Positions 27,464 to 36,260 of a stretch of 47,882 bases of DNA are shown here, piece by piece. The position numbers were made by a program, and so were the translations under genes. The notes under the pieces were generated by a model. It was not told where the DNA came from. It searched no databases and worked only from the letters and a program-made list of their open reading frames with translations. Position 1 is the stretch's first letter. Every line of letters begins with the position of its first letter. Source of the DNA: a virus (lineage: Duplodnaviria > Caudoviricetes); IMG/VR virus record IMGVR_UViG_3300010362_000030, positions 1-47,882 of that record; one strand, written 5' to 3'.

Positions 27464-28859
27464 CCCAGTTATAACCGACCTTAGCCTCGGCTGGAATTAC
27501 CAGCGTTCGACCGTTTCGTAATGGGACTGGAACCTGAATGATCTTACGCATTGCAGGTATGATCGCATCCTCCACCTCCCGTTTATCTGGATACTGTATC
27601 AAGATCGCGTCATGAACTTGTAGTAGCAGTTGAACTTTTTTGGCGCGCCAGACCTGTAGCATTCCACGATTAAGGATGTCCCCGACCGACCCTTGGGGAT
27701 CATATGCAATAGCTTCTCGAATTGTTGCATCGTCATCCCTACGTCCAAAGAACCAGCGGCGCCTTCCCGAAAGAGATACCAGAAACCCGTCTCTGCGGAG
27801 GGACTCGGCAACGGCTGCGTGCCACTTCTTGTGGGCCGGGAAGGCTCTAAAATAGACCAGTTGGAAATCGTTAATAAGATTTTGCTCGAGTTTAGTATGC
27901 TGCTCCATCGTGTAGGGTTGACCGTTATAGTTAGTACCATGCCCGAGAACCTTTGCCATGTGTCGATACGAGTGCTCTCGATAGAAGGGCTGTTCAGCAA
28001 GATCGCGATCCTTTTTAAGATCGCCGGTCCACTTAACCTTGTCACCCCAAGCCATGCGGCAGACTGAGGTGTGCAGGTCGCCGGACTCACAAGCCTCAAG
28101 GTAAGTGCCGTCATTGAACAGGTTCCACTCTATCGCGCCGACTAGTCTCGACTCGGCTTGCTCAAGATCAATGTACGCGAACTTCATTCCGGGGTCAGCG
28201 ACGAATACCTCTCTGAGAAGCTCTTCAATATTTTGGAGATTTCCTCCTGTTCCGAAGTCGCTAAGACTCGAAGAAAATCTACCAGTCGTCGTTCCTGCAA
28301 TATTGTAAGATGTTCTAATTCTTCCGTCAGGGTCGATCTCTGTTTTAAGCACTCCAATCTTTTTAGCAAGGTCTCGCATCCGAAGTATACGAGTAACAAT
28401 AGGTTGCGCGTAGAAATATTGCCGGAGTTTTTCCAGCGCATTTCGATCGACTGTAGTTCTGCCGTGTCTAAGAATAGGAGGTATTCGTAGCACCTCATAG
28501 AACAGTTTGTTAAGCTGCTGAGGAGATCGCCAGTTAAGCTGCTCGCAGCCAACTCCTCCCCAAATAAGCCAGTCAGCCTGTGATTGATATTCTCTGATTT
28601 GAGACTCATAATTAGCTATAACCTCATCCCGCTTGTCCTGATCGACAAGGACTCCACGCAGCCGCATCTCGAGGACGGGCTGCTGGAGTGCAAGTTCAAG
28701 TTCGTAGATGGCTCGGGTCACAGCATCAAGCTGTGGGAGAAGGACCTCAAGGACCTCAGCGGTCACGCAGCAATCGAGGCCGTTATAGAGCCAGAGCTTA
28801 TCCGTCTCCGAGAGTGGGAGCGTGGCGGGTGTAAGCTCGTGGGTCTTATAGATCTTCAA
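27354..28859 (-). CDS. polA: Family A DNA polymerase, C-terminal part (ExoIII + polymerase domain)
   Basis: YNGLD (ExoIII), GTTTGRFSS, NLQNI, motif A DLEQAESR, motif B RHMAKVLGHGTNY, motif C VHD. TTG start. Confidence 0.92.
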   Translation of the reverse strand: MKIYKTHELTPATLPLSETDKLWLYNGLDCCVTAEVLEVLLPQLDAVTRAIYELELALQQPVLEMRLRGVLVDQDKRDEVIANYESQIREYQSQADWLIWGGVGCEQLNWRSPQQLNKLFYEVLRIPPILRHGRTTVDRNALEKLRQYFYAQPIVTRILRMRDLAKKIGVLKTEIDPDGRIRTSYNIAGTTTGRFSSSLSDFGTGGNLQNIEELLREVFVADPGMKFAYIDLEQAESRLVGAIEWNLFNDGTYLEACESGDLHTSVCRMAWGDKVKWTGDLKKDRDLAEQPFYREHSYRHMAKVLGHGTNYNGQPYTMEQHTKLEQNLINDFQLVYFRAFPAHKKWHAAVAESLRRDGFLVSLSGRRRWFFGRRDDDATIREAIAYDPQGSVGDILNRGMLQVWRAKKVQLLLQVHDAILIQYPDKREVEDAIIPAMRKIIQVPVPLRNGRTLVIPAEAKVGYNWGAFSEKNGDGLKKFTGTDDRRRLRWPKTDILDRRLS

Positions 28860-29175
28860 GTCTGCGATACTCTACTTCGAGACCGAAGATACCAGCTGCT
28901 ATGATATCGTTGTCCATTCCTGGAGAGATACCATGATCCCTGTAAACAACAAGAGCCTCAGCCTTCATCATCCAGCAATGCTCAGCCTCTATACCCCATC
29001 GGCGCTGAGTTGTGTCCTCATCATCAAGGACTTGAGTATAGAGAAGATGCGAAACTAATGCAGCATCACCTCTGATGAAACAATCCTTAAGGCATTGCCG
29101 AGCGTACTCGACGTTTTCCTCAACTGTTCTCCCGTTACTCTTTGAGTAAGGGGAGGCAAGAATGACTCGTCTCAT
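28846..29175 (-). CDS. DUF4406/nucleoside 2-deoxyribosyltransferase-like small protein
   Basis: ILASPY, SHLLYTQVLDD and GISPGM motifs. Overlaps both polymerase halves. Confidence 0.65.
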   Translation of the reverse strand: MRRVILASPYSKSNGRTVEENVEYARQCLKDCFIRGDAALVSHLLYTQVLDDEDTTQRRWGIEAEHCWMMKAEALVVYRDHGISPGMDNDIIAAGIFGLEVEYRRLEDL

Positions 29176-30263
29176 TCATCCCTCTTAATAGTTCCATGCT
29201 TACCGCGTGAGCGCATAAGCTTCCATGAGGCCTCATTTGTGTAGACGCTGCCAAGGTACCCAAGGCCCTTCGGTGACTCTGGCTGAAGCGCGTGATGCAA
29301 GAGCATCGTGTCGTTTGCTAATCCCTTCACAACGAAACCGTAGGACTTCCATAGGAAAGTGATATCGTACAAAGCGTTCTGGGCTGTCTTGTCACATGGG
29401 AGAAGGAGCACTTTAATAACCCAGGACCAAGCACGGACCTCAGCTGCAGAGTCAGGCCAATAACTTCCTGCTGTTCCTCTTGGGTCAGCAAAAGGGACAA
29501 CGATAGCGGTAGCTGGTGATGGACTGAACCCAATACAAGTGATCTGACTGCCGGAAGTTTCCACGTCGAAGGCGATGCGCTCGGCATCCTTGAGATGCGT
29601 CTCATAGTACCACTCCAAATCTTTTAGGTCTGGTGCTGTGTAAATTACTCTAGTGGGTCGTCGGACTTCAGGATACGCCGACTCTCGCTTAGCCTTGGCA
29701 AGGTCGAGGACTGTGACTGGTCGGAGGGACCAGTCCCGGAGGATTGCTGCGGGGTGGAAGATAGGGAGACTCTTACCGTAAGGTGAGTGGGTAACAGTGC
29801 CCCGTATTTTACTAATACCTGAATTGCGCAGGACTGCCCACGAAGCCGTATTTCCCAGAAGGACGGAAATGACAGGCCGCACTTCTTGCAGCTCACTAAA
29901 TAGACGTTCGAGTTCTCCCTTGTATTCAGCTCGAATATACTTCCCCGGTCTAAGTGGGGGCAGTCCAAGCTTATCTTCGGCTTTGGGGACGCAGAGCGTT
30001 TCGATGTCATTGCGGACTGGCCTAAGGTTAAAGACGTTGGTTGTGAAGAACTGTGGATACCTATCCCAAAGAAGTGCAACATAAATTGGATCACGCTTGA
30101 ACCACCATTGCCTGATAAGGTCACGGTCAGTGGTGCTCAGGGATATCATCCCTGCATCGTGCATCATCTCGAATAGGGCGACGCCTGATGAGCCAACAAG
30201 GGGACGTTTGAGTTTGTCCTCGTTCTCACCCCAGGCCTCACCTATGAAAGCTATCTTATCCAT
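29172..30263 (-). CDS. Uracil-DNA glycosylase-like domain fused to N-terminal part of 3'-5' exonuclease (polymerase N-half)
   Basis: GEAWG, TNV, LLGNTA and HPAAILR (family-4 UDG-like), then FDVET (ExoI), AQNALYD (ExoII), DTMLLHH and KGLGYL. Confidence 0.85.
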   Translation of the reverse strand: MDKIAFIGEAWGENEDKLKRPLVGSSGVALFEMMHDAGMISLSTTDRDLIRQWWFKRDPIYVALLWDRYPQFFTTNVFNLRPVRNDIETLCVPKAEDKLGLPPLRPGKYIRAEYKGELERLFSELQEVRPVISVLLGNTASWAVLRNSGISKIRGTVTHSPYGKSLPIFHPAAILRDWSLRPVTVLDLAKAKRESAYPEVRRPTRVIYTAPDLKDLEWYYETHLKDAERIAFDVETSGSQITCIGFSPSPATAIVVPFADPRGTAGSYWPDSAAEVRAWSWVIKVLLLPCDKTAQNALYDITFLWKSYGFVVKGLANDTMLLHHALQPESPKGLGYLGSVYTNEASWKLMRSRGKHGTIKRDE

Positions 30264-30736
30264 GCTCCAGTCGGTTCCCTAAACACCTTGCCCTCTTCTT
30301 CTGGGTAGTCTATTACTTTCTTTCTAGCGGTGTTCTCCCTCTGAGTAAACTTTCTGCTTCCATTATACTTTGGCGCAAATCTTTCTATTAAAAAGGTCTC
30401 TAGCACTGAGAGCTTTGTATGCCTGCATGGTACAAAGTAAGCATGAGTAAATGGAATTAGTCCTATGTGTTCACCAACTCTTGATATCACATTCCTTGAT
30501 CTCCCAATATAGAAGAGAACATCTCCATCCTTAAGAGTCTCAAGAAATAAAAAATAAACTCCAGTCGGCTGGCCTATAGCCTGTGGTAGTTCAAGCAATT
30601 TAATCTCCTTTCCCTGTATGCAAAGGATTGGAGGTCTCTTAATCACTAATGATATATCGCTCTTATTAATGGTTATTCCTCTGAACCATATATAGTCGCC
30701 CCTTAATTTTGCATGACCTGTTATACTCCAAGCCAT
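30251..30736 (-). CDS. GIY-YIG nuclease
   Basis: GVYFL...FYIGRS.N...R...H and E..LI..F.PKYN motifs. Visibly AT-richer than neighbouring genes. Confidence 0.75.
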   Translation of the reverse strand: MAWSITGHAKLRGDYIWFRGITINKSDISLVIKRPPILCIQGKEIKLLELPQAIGQPTGVYFLFLETLKDGDVLFYIGRSRNVISRVGEHIGLIPFTHAYFVPCRHTKLSVLETFLIERFAPKYNGSRKFTQRENTARKKVIDYPEEEGKVFREPTGAWIR

Positions 30737-30737
30737 G

Positions 30738-31256
30738 TTATCCCCTCACCACAAAGCCCTGTGCTGTGATGTACAGCCAGCTAGTGCCAAGGTCCTGGTC
30801 GATGTCAACAAAGATGCCGTTGCCAGGGGAGGCTACTATTCCAGGGTCGAACTGGAACTCCATAGTCTGATGCGATGGGCAACTCACGAAGCCGATGGCC
30901 TTACTAGGATCATTGCCATCAAGGAAAGCTATGATGCAATCGTCCTTTGTTGCGGTGTTAACCACCTGACAGCTTCGCATTACTATAGTATCGTATGTAA
31001 GTATACCAGTAGCGAGAGGGGCCGGAACAGATAGCAAGGCTGTTGGAACAAAGACACTCTGAAGCTTGGCTATTCCCCTGAGGTATTGGTTCTGTAGCCC
31101 AGCACCAACGGGCGTGAAATCTCCACACCAGTCGTCGTTAAGGACGGCGGGCCATTTGGCTGTTATATTTGGAGATGGACTTGGAGCGTACCGCTGGCAG
31201 CGGATAACGTCAGCGACCGTCACTCCGAACTTGCAGTTCGCACAGCTGTCTGTCAT
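30738..31256 (-). CDS. Hypothetical protein with N-terminal Cys4 domain
   Basis: CANC...C.RYAP...WP.V..DDWCGDF, followed by a beta-rich domain. Confidence 0.65.
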   Translation of the reverse strand: MTDSCANCKFGVTVADVIRCQRYAPSPSPNITAKWPAVLNDDWCGDFTPVGAGLQNQYLRGIAKLQSVFVPTALLSVPAPLATGILTYDTIVMRSCQVVNTATKDDCIIAFLDGNDPSKAIGFVSCPSHQTMEFQFDPGIVASPGNGIFVDIDQDLGTSWLYITAQGFVVRG

Positions 31257-32527
31257 GATGCGCTCCTTAGTCTGCGGAACTTAGCCAGCTCAAGTCTCGC
31301 CCCTTCCGCAAATGACTCGTTGATCTCCAGACCCTGAACGAGGCTCGCACCGAGCGACTCAGCCGCTCGCAGCGAACTGCCACTACCACAGGTTGGGTCG
31401 AGCATAGAGGTAGTCTCGTCAACGAACATCTCGAAGAAGTAGCGCAAGACTGGCTCGGGTTTAATAGACATATGGATGTCTCGAACCGTAGGCGCAGCAT
31501 AGGCATTACTCTTGCAACGAACGACAGGGCGATCTCCGCGGGAGCCAAAGAACGCTGTCTCATATATCCTCCTCGGGCCACGCTGAGGGTCTGGAATGAT
31601 GCCGGAGTTGTCAGACTTTAGCCAGACAAGAGGTATAGGATCAATGAGGAAAGGACTGTTATTAGAGAGATAATCAAAAGTAAACTGATAATGCTGCATT
31701 GAGAACCAGAACATGAGGTGAGATGACTCTTGAGTAATCCTAAGGACGTTGCTACAAAGGCAATGTAGAAGCTCGTGATAATTATCGAACGTATCACTGT
31801 AGCCTCCATGAGTGTCTGCGGCGCCTTGGACATGCTTGTCGGCATTGATGCCGTAAGGGAAGTCGATGTGAAGGAAGTTGAAACGCTGGCCAGAGTACTG
31901 TGGTGCCCATTCAAGGAAGCTTGTGATAAGGATGCTATCAGAGATAGTGTTAATCTCTGGCCGTTCGATACGCTCAAAGTTCTCGGTGTCAAGGGCTGCC
32001 TGTCGGTGCTCCCTTCTATTGATAACACCGAGAGCAGTTGAATACATTGAGGCGGATGATACGAGGTCATCGCCCTTGCGGAGTTCTCTAGCCACTTTCA
32101 TCTGCGAGCTGACCACGCTCTCGACGAGGCCAATGGCATCGGAGGTCTTTGCCTGAGTCCAGGTAGGGTCCTCGGCAAGGCGATGCTCGTGGTATTCAAG
32201 GACAGCGGTAGAGTTCTCCTGCCACGTCAGGTCCATACGCTTGATGTTCTCTTCGAGTTCAATTGCTCGAAGATCGTGAGGCGAAAGCTCGTCAGTGTAT
32301 TGGACGTTGATATGAGTCCAGCCAAGGTGCTTGCAGGCAGCAAGCCGACACTCGCCTGCGACAAGGACATGCTCATTAGAGACGACAATAGGGTGAATGA
32401 GTCCGCGCTTGTTAATAGAATAAGCAAGATTGTTTATGTAAGAGTCCTTGATTTCCCGCCTCTGTCGCAAGGCTCGATCGACTGTAATTGCAGTAATGTC
32501 AACGCTATGAAAGCGTCCTGAAGTCAT
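31253..32527 (-). CDS. ParB-like domain fused to N4/N6 DNA methyltransferase
   Basis: GLIHPIVV, LVAGECRL and ELEENIKR.DL (ParB/Srx), then DFPY, H.S.KPE and LDPTCGSGS. Confidence 0.88.
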   Translation of the reverse strand: MTSGRFHSVDITAITVDRALRQRREIKDSYINNLAYSINKRGLIHPIVVSNEHVLVAGECRLAACKHLGWTHINVQYTDELSPHDLRAIELEENIKRMDLTWQENSTAVLEYHEHRLAEDPTWTQAKTSDAIGLVESVVSSQMKVARELRKGDDLVSSASMYSTALGVINRREHRQAALDTENFERIERPEINTISDSILITSFLEWAPQYSGQRFNFLHIDFPYGINADKHVQGAADTHGGYSDTFDNYHELLHCLCSNVLRITQESSHLMFWFSMQHYQFTFDYLSNNSPFLIDPIPLVWLKSDNSGIIPDPQRGPRRIYETAFFGSRGDRPVVRCKSNAYAAPTVRDIHMSIKPEPVLRYFFEMFVDETTSMLDPTCGSGSSLRAAESLGASLVQGLEINESFAEGARLELAKFRRLRSAS

Positions 32528-32537
32528 GACAGCCTCA

Positions 32538-32566
32538 TATATGCCTTCGTTGAACGAAGATATATA
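32538..32566. promoter_or_regulatory. 29-bp palindrome copy 2
   Basis: TATATGCCTTCG-TTGAA-CGAAGATATATA, 10 nt upstream of the ParB-MTase start codon. Confidence 0.7.
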
Positions 32567-32610
32567 CCCCGCCTGGGTCTGCTGAAAGGCTAAGAGAAAC
32601 CCAGGCGGGG
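32567..32610 (-). terminator. GC-rich hairpin downstream of SSB-like gene
   Basis: CCCCGCCTGGGT ... ACCCAGGCGGGG inverted repeat with a large loop. Confidence 0.5.
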
Positions 32611-32631
32611 CTCTACCCGCGAGCAGGGGTG

Positions 32632-33099
32632 CTACACGCGAGCGAAACCTGCAACCTCGTGGTACATGCGGCTGCCATCTTGGGCAGGCGTATGACGCAA
32701 GGTCACCAGCACTTGACGACCGGCTGCCTCAGCAGCGCCTTGGCGGAGGGACTTGCCATGCCCGTCGATGCCGAGCGGGCCAACGAGGAAGTCCCTGTAC
32801 CGGTAGTCGGACTCGCCAGTCAGGTAGAAGCGGCAGGACTGACCCTTGATAACCTTGCCTGCGATCGGACCATTCTCCTCGACGTACTTGGCGAGAAGAG
32901 CTTGGTCGATATCGCCCTTGCCTCCGTCGCCAATGATACGGAAGGAGAACTCGTGATAGTTGGTGCCTGTCTTGGCGACACCAGCAGTCGGCGGCCCCTC
33001 GACTATAGTGAGCCACGTACCGACAGGGTATGCCCCCGGCGGCTTGATGTCGTCCATAGCCTTGTCGAGAACGGACTCGAAGTTCGGTCGATCGTCCAT
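32632..33099 (-). CDS. Putative ssDNA-binding protein (DUF669-like position)
   Basis: P.G.W...V start and beta-rich OB-like pattern. Follows the AAA ATPase, as in Sak4/SSB modules. Confidence 0.55.
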   Translation of the reverse strand: MDDRPNFESVLDKAMDDIKPPGAYPVGTWLTIVEGPPTAGVAKTGTNYHEFSFRIIGDGGKGDIDQALLAKYVEENGPIAGKVIKGQSCRFYLTGESDYRYRDFLVGPLGIDGHGKSLRQGAAEAAGRQVLVTLRHTPAQDGSRMYHEVAGFARV

Positions 33100-33120
33100 G
33101 ATAGTCTCCTGTTCGTTGCG

Positions 33121-33909
33121 CTATGATCGTACAGTCTTGAAGAATGTTGCCAGGGCTGACTCGATAGGGAGTTGCTCTCCCATCTCGAAGGACTTAGGGT
33201 TCTTCAAGTCTATCATCGCCGTGCTGACTGTCCTGATAGACCTCTTGCCACCAGCCTGTGACTGGCACAGGGCAGTGGAATTAAAATAAGCAGGGATGGT
33301 TGGACCCAAGGCGCTGCCAACCGCCGTTGGATAGCCTCTCTTTGTTCCGTCGGGCATATCACTGTACCTAATATGGGAGATGACAATGACGTTAGCCCTG
33401 AACGACTCCCCGGTGAGCAGCGCGAGTGTGCTCTCAGTAGCCTGTTGAGCCGTATAGTAGATTTGCCGCTTGTCCTTGGCAGTTGGATTGAGAGCGTTTG
33501 CCCAATTATATGCTGCATCCGAATAGAACGTGAGCGAGTCAAGAACCACAATGACCTCTGGCCCCCATTCTGCAGGTACACCCAGGTCAATGGAATCAGT
33601 TTTCCAACGGTTGAGTAACTGCTGCGCCCGCGTGAAGGCATGGGGGATACCTTGCACTATTGGTCCAGTAGGGCCAGGAGTATATTTGTCTCGAAGAGTC
33701 TCAAACTCAACAGCACTAAGAAGATCAGGCTTAGCTCGCTTAATGATAGCGGCCAATGTATCAAGGCCATTATCAAAATCAAGGATACGCAGCTTGTAGC
33801 CAGCGAGTACCAAAGAAGCCAAGCTGCCAGTCTTGCCACTACCTGCCTCCCCGATCAAGAGGAGCTTCGTGAATTGGGCTGATTGATGGCTGTTGAGAGC
33901 TGGCATCAC
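33121..33909 (-). CDS. AAA_24/Sak4-like ATPase (recombination)
   Basis: KLLLIGEAGSGKT, ILDFDNG, VVLDSLT and VIVISH motifs. Confidence 0.8.
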   Translation of the reverse strand: MMPALNSHQSAQFTKLLLIGEAGSGKTGSLASLVLAGYKLRILDFDNGLDTLAAIIKRAKPDLLSAVEFETLRDKYTPGPTGPIVQGIPHAFTRAQQLLNRWKTDSIDLGVPAEWGPEVIVVLDSLTFYSDAAYNWANALNPTAKDKRQIYYTAQQATESTLALLTGESFRANVIVISHIRYSDMPDGTKRGYPTAVGSALGPTIPAYFNSTALCQSQAGGKRSIRTVSTAMIDLKNPKSFEMGEQLPIESALATFFKTVRS

Positions 33910-34082
33910 GAGCCTAGGGGTTCGGCCTTGAGGGTATTCAAGGCGTCGATCATCCTTGTGATAAGGGATATCTCAGCCGTGGTCAATGGTAGCTGGAAGA
34001 TGTTGACATCATCGCAGGTAACGTAACCGTATTGCCTCGTTGAGTCAACAGTCCCAGGGTACTTCCAAACAGGATCAGCCAT
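33906..34082 (-). CDS. Small hypothetical protein (58 aa); not in ORF track
   Basis: MADPVWKYPGTVDSTRQYG...LKAEPLGS*, with a GGAGA RBS. Fills the gap, GTGA overlap. Confidence 0.6.
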   Translation of the reverse strand: MADPVWKYPGTVDSTRQYGYVTCDDVNIFQLPLTTAEISLITRMIDALNTLKAEPLGS

Positions 34083-34083
34083 G

Positions 34084-35067
34084 TTATCTCTCCACCAGTG
34101 GGTTCCAGTGTCTCACATCAAAGTTAGATGCAAGGTAAGTATCGCGAACGCCTGGGCTCTTCGAGCAGACCTCCCTGAAGCGGCAACCGATACAGGCGGT
34201 GTCGTTCATGGGCCAATGCTCGTTCTTGGCAAAGGCCTCGGCCATACGGAGCCAGTACTCAAGGTCATGGAGCCACTCAGATGTTTGGTCAGGACTCCGC
34301 ATGGTCATGCCACGCTCTGGGCGGGTGAAGCCTACGGCAGTCTGAACAGCGTCGATGATGACGCCCTTGAGTGGGAGTTCGTACACGATCTGAGCGAAGG
34401 CCGTGTAGAAACTCATTTGATTATCTGGATTGAAGTTCTCGAAGTAATATGATCCAACTGTTTTGTCAGTAGTCTTACGGTCAGTAACATAAGGGCTATC
34501 GCCAAACTCAGCAAGGCGATCGAGATGACCGCAGACCATGTAGTATTTTTCTGCAAATTGCCACCCGCCTGGAGGAAGGAAGTTGATCTCGATGTTCGTA
34601 GAGACCTTGAATGAAAGCTCAATGGCTGGCTTGCCGTTGGCGAGGATGATTGTCTTGGCGGCGTCCTCTTTGTAATGCTCTAAGTACCAGATGACTGAGC
34701 GAACAAGAGTCTCTCTGTTCTTCGTTGTGCTCTCGGACTCCCAGGTATAGGTTCTCCGAAGAAGCCGGAAGATTGTTTCGCATGTAGCCTTGTCGTGATC
34801 GAGGCCTTCAGCTTTGAGCAGTTCATAATCGTGCATTGCCTGATGGAACTCGATACCGAAGTATAAGTGAAATGACTTACGACCCTGATAACCGCGGATC
34901 ATAGAGTATTCATATAGACGAGGACATTTCTTTAGCCAACCCAAGGATGTAGAGTCCCAAGCCCACTGCATCTTGGTACCAGGGATAAAAGGGGAAGGCC
35001 CCTCCGGCGGGATCAGTTCCGCCGGGGTGCCGATGCTATCTATCATCCGATCAAGGACATCACTCAT
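34084..35067 (-). CDS. PD-(D/E)XK exonuclease, Cas4/RecB-like with 1+3 Cys
   Basis: KKCPR.Y, G..FH, HLDRL, TDRKT, Q...Y and CIGC.FREVC motifs. Start placed at the ATGA overlap. Confidence 0.85.
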   Translation of the reverse strand: MSDVLDRMIDSIGTPAELIPPEGPSPFIPGTKMQWAWDSTSLGWLKKCPRLYEYSMIRGYQGRKSFHLYFGIEFHQAMHDYELLKAEGLDHDKATCETIFRLLRRTYTWESESTTKNRETLVRSVIWYLEHYKEDAAKTIILANGKPAIELSFKVSTNIEINFLPPGGWQFAEKYYMVCGHLDRLAEFGDSPYVTDRKTTDKTVGSYYFENFNPDNQMSFYTAFAQIVYELPLKGVIIDAVQTAVGFTRPERGMTMRSPDQTSEWLHDLEYWLRMAEAFAKNEHWPMNDTACIGCRFREVCSKSPGVRDTYLASNFDVRHWNPLVER

Positions 35068-35258
35068 GTGACTTGCTCGTAGTTGTTGGCGAAGTATTCC
35101 CCACGGATCAGCCACTTGTCCTTGGGGTTCTTAGGATCATGGGCGATCCAGTCACCGTCCACAGGCGGACCTTGGTCAAGGCCGGTGACTCCACTGAGTT
35201 CCATGCCTGGGGTCCAGCGGGTGGCCTCGATGAGGCCCTTCTTCCGATAGATTGTCAT
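35064..35258 (-). CDS. Conserved small phage protein
   Basis: YRKK..IEA.RW...GDWI...F...YE pattern. Confidence 0.7.
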   Translation of the reverse strand: MTIYRKKGLIEATRWTPGMELSGVTGLDQGPPVDGDWIAHDPKNPKDKWLIRGEYFANNYEQVT

Positions 35259-35488
35259 AGTCCAAGGTCCTCCAATGACAGGTCCTTGCTGCCCTTCGGA
35301 CCTTTCGCTACTACGTGCTTCGTGGCACCAGCTTGCTTCTGGCCGAGCATGAACTGCGCACGAGCAGCCCGATAGGCCTCGACCATTGTGAGCAAAGGGT
35401 CTTTCTCACCCTTGGCTATCGCCTCGTCCCGCTTCAGCGTTAACTGGAGTGGGTCCATCGCGAAGAGTTCCGCCAGCGTGTCCGTCAC
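35255..35488 (-). CDS. Hypothetical protein ending SLEDLGL
   Basis: GTG start with a GGAGG RBS. Overlaps the 3' end of 35406-35807. Confidence 0.7.
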   Translation of the reverse strand: MTDTLAELFAMDPLQLTLKRDEAIAKGEKDPLLTMVEAYRAARAQFMLGQKQAGATKHVVAKGPKGSKDLSLEDLGL

Positions 35489-35807
35489 TTTGACCTCCGT
35501 CGTTCTTCTCACCCATAGCCTCACTGTAGCCGACCTTCTTCTTGGTCAAAGCAACAGGGTCAGTCATTGAGCTGACATCGACAGGGGTATAGGTGCCCTC
35601 GGTGACAGCCTGGTTCATAGCATCAAGCTTAGTAGTCAACGCAAGGTTCTTAAACCGAGCATCAACTTGCTTGATCTCCTTCTCGATCTCCTTCTCACCA
35701 GCCTGTCGAAAGGATGCAGGTGGTAGTTTATTGGTCAAAAGTAATTTCTCGAGAGTGTCAGCCTGCGTGGCATTAGACAGGTAAATTTCTGCTACAAGTA
35801 CTGGCAT
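35406..35807 (-). CDS. Hypothetical protein
   Basis: TAATG coupling with the upstream gene. Confidence 0.55.
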   Translation of the reverse strand: MPVLVAEIYLSNATQADTLEKLLLTNKLPPASFRQAGEKEIEKEIKQVDARFKNLALTTKLDAMNQAVTEGTYTPVDVSSMTDPVALTKKKVGYSEAMGEKNDGGQSDGHAGGTLRDGPTPVNAEAGRGDSQG

Positions 35808-35998
35808 TATTCTTCCTCCATCTCTCGATCACTGAGCTTCTCAATGATCTTCGCCTTCACCTTCTGAATATGCAAACGAACAAGCTTCCGAATAATCACG
35901 CTTCCTCCTGCTGGATACATATACTTTAACTCGTCCATGTCTCCATCGTAAAGGTTAACCAAATGCTTTCGCAGGGGAATACGATACTCAGTGGTCAT
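35807..35998 (-). CDS. Small protein, possible ribbon-helix-helix DNA binder
   Basis: Strand-helix-helix pattern: KHLVNLY..D..EL...S.IIRKLVR.HI. Confidence 0.5.
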   Translation of the reverse strand: MTTEYRIPLRKHLVNLYDGDMDELKYMYPAGGSVIIRKLVRLHIQKVKAKIIEKLSDREMEEE

Positions 35999-36188
35999 TT
36001 TTGTAGAGCCATATCTGTTGAGGGCACTCAGGATCGCCGCCGACTATAATAGAGATGGTTGAGAACTCAGGTACTTCGCGGCGGATAGCATAGAGCTTCT
36101 GACGGACTCGCTCAACGTCGTCAGGCGTCTCGATGACGAGACCGAGTTGCTCATTGAGGGCTTGATAGAAAAGAGAAGCATCGAGCAT
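35988..36188 (-). CDS. Hypothetical protein
   Basis: ATG with a GAGG RBS. Confidence 0.6.
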   Translation of the reverse strand: MLDASLFYQALNEQLGLVIETPDDVERVRQKLYAIRREVPEFSTISIIVGGDPECPQQIWLYKNDH

Positions 36189-36260
36189 GTTCGACCTCAA
36201 GAATAACGGTGGACTTACGCGAAGGGCTACTGGCCCAACAGTCGCTGCCACCGTCCTACA

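Noticed and set aside
28846-29175. Intron or intein interrupting the polymerase
   Set aside because: The spacer is entirely one coupled ORF, with no intein termini or recognisable intron structure.
34084-35067. Cas4-like gene as part of a CRISPR-Cas system
   Set aside because: No repeat-spacer array or other cas genes. The context is a Sak4/SSB recombination module.
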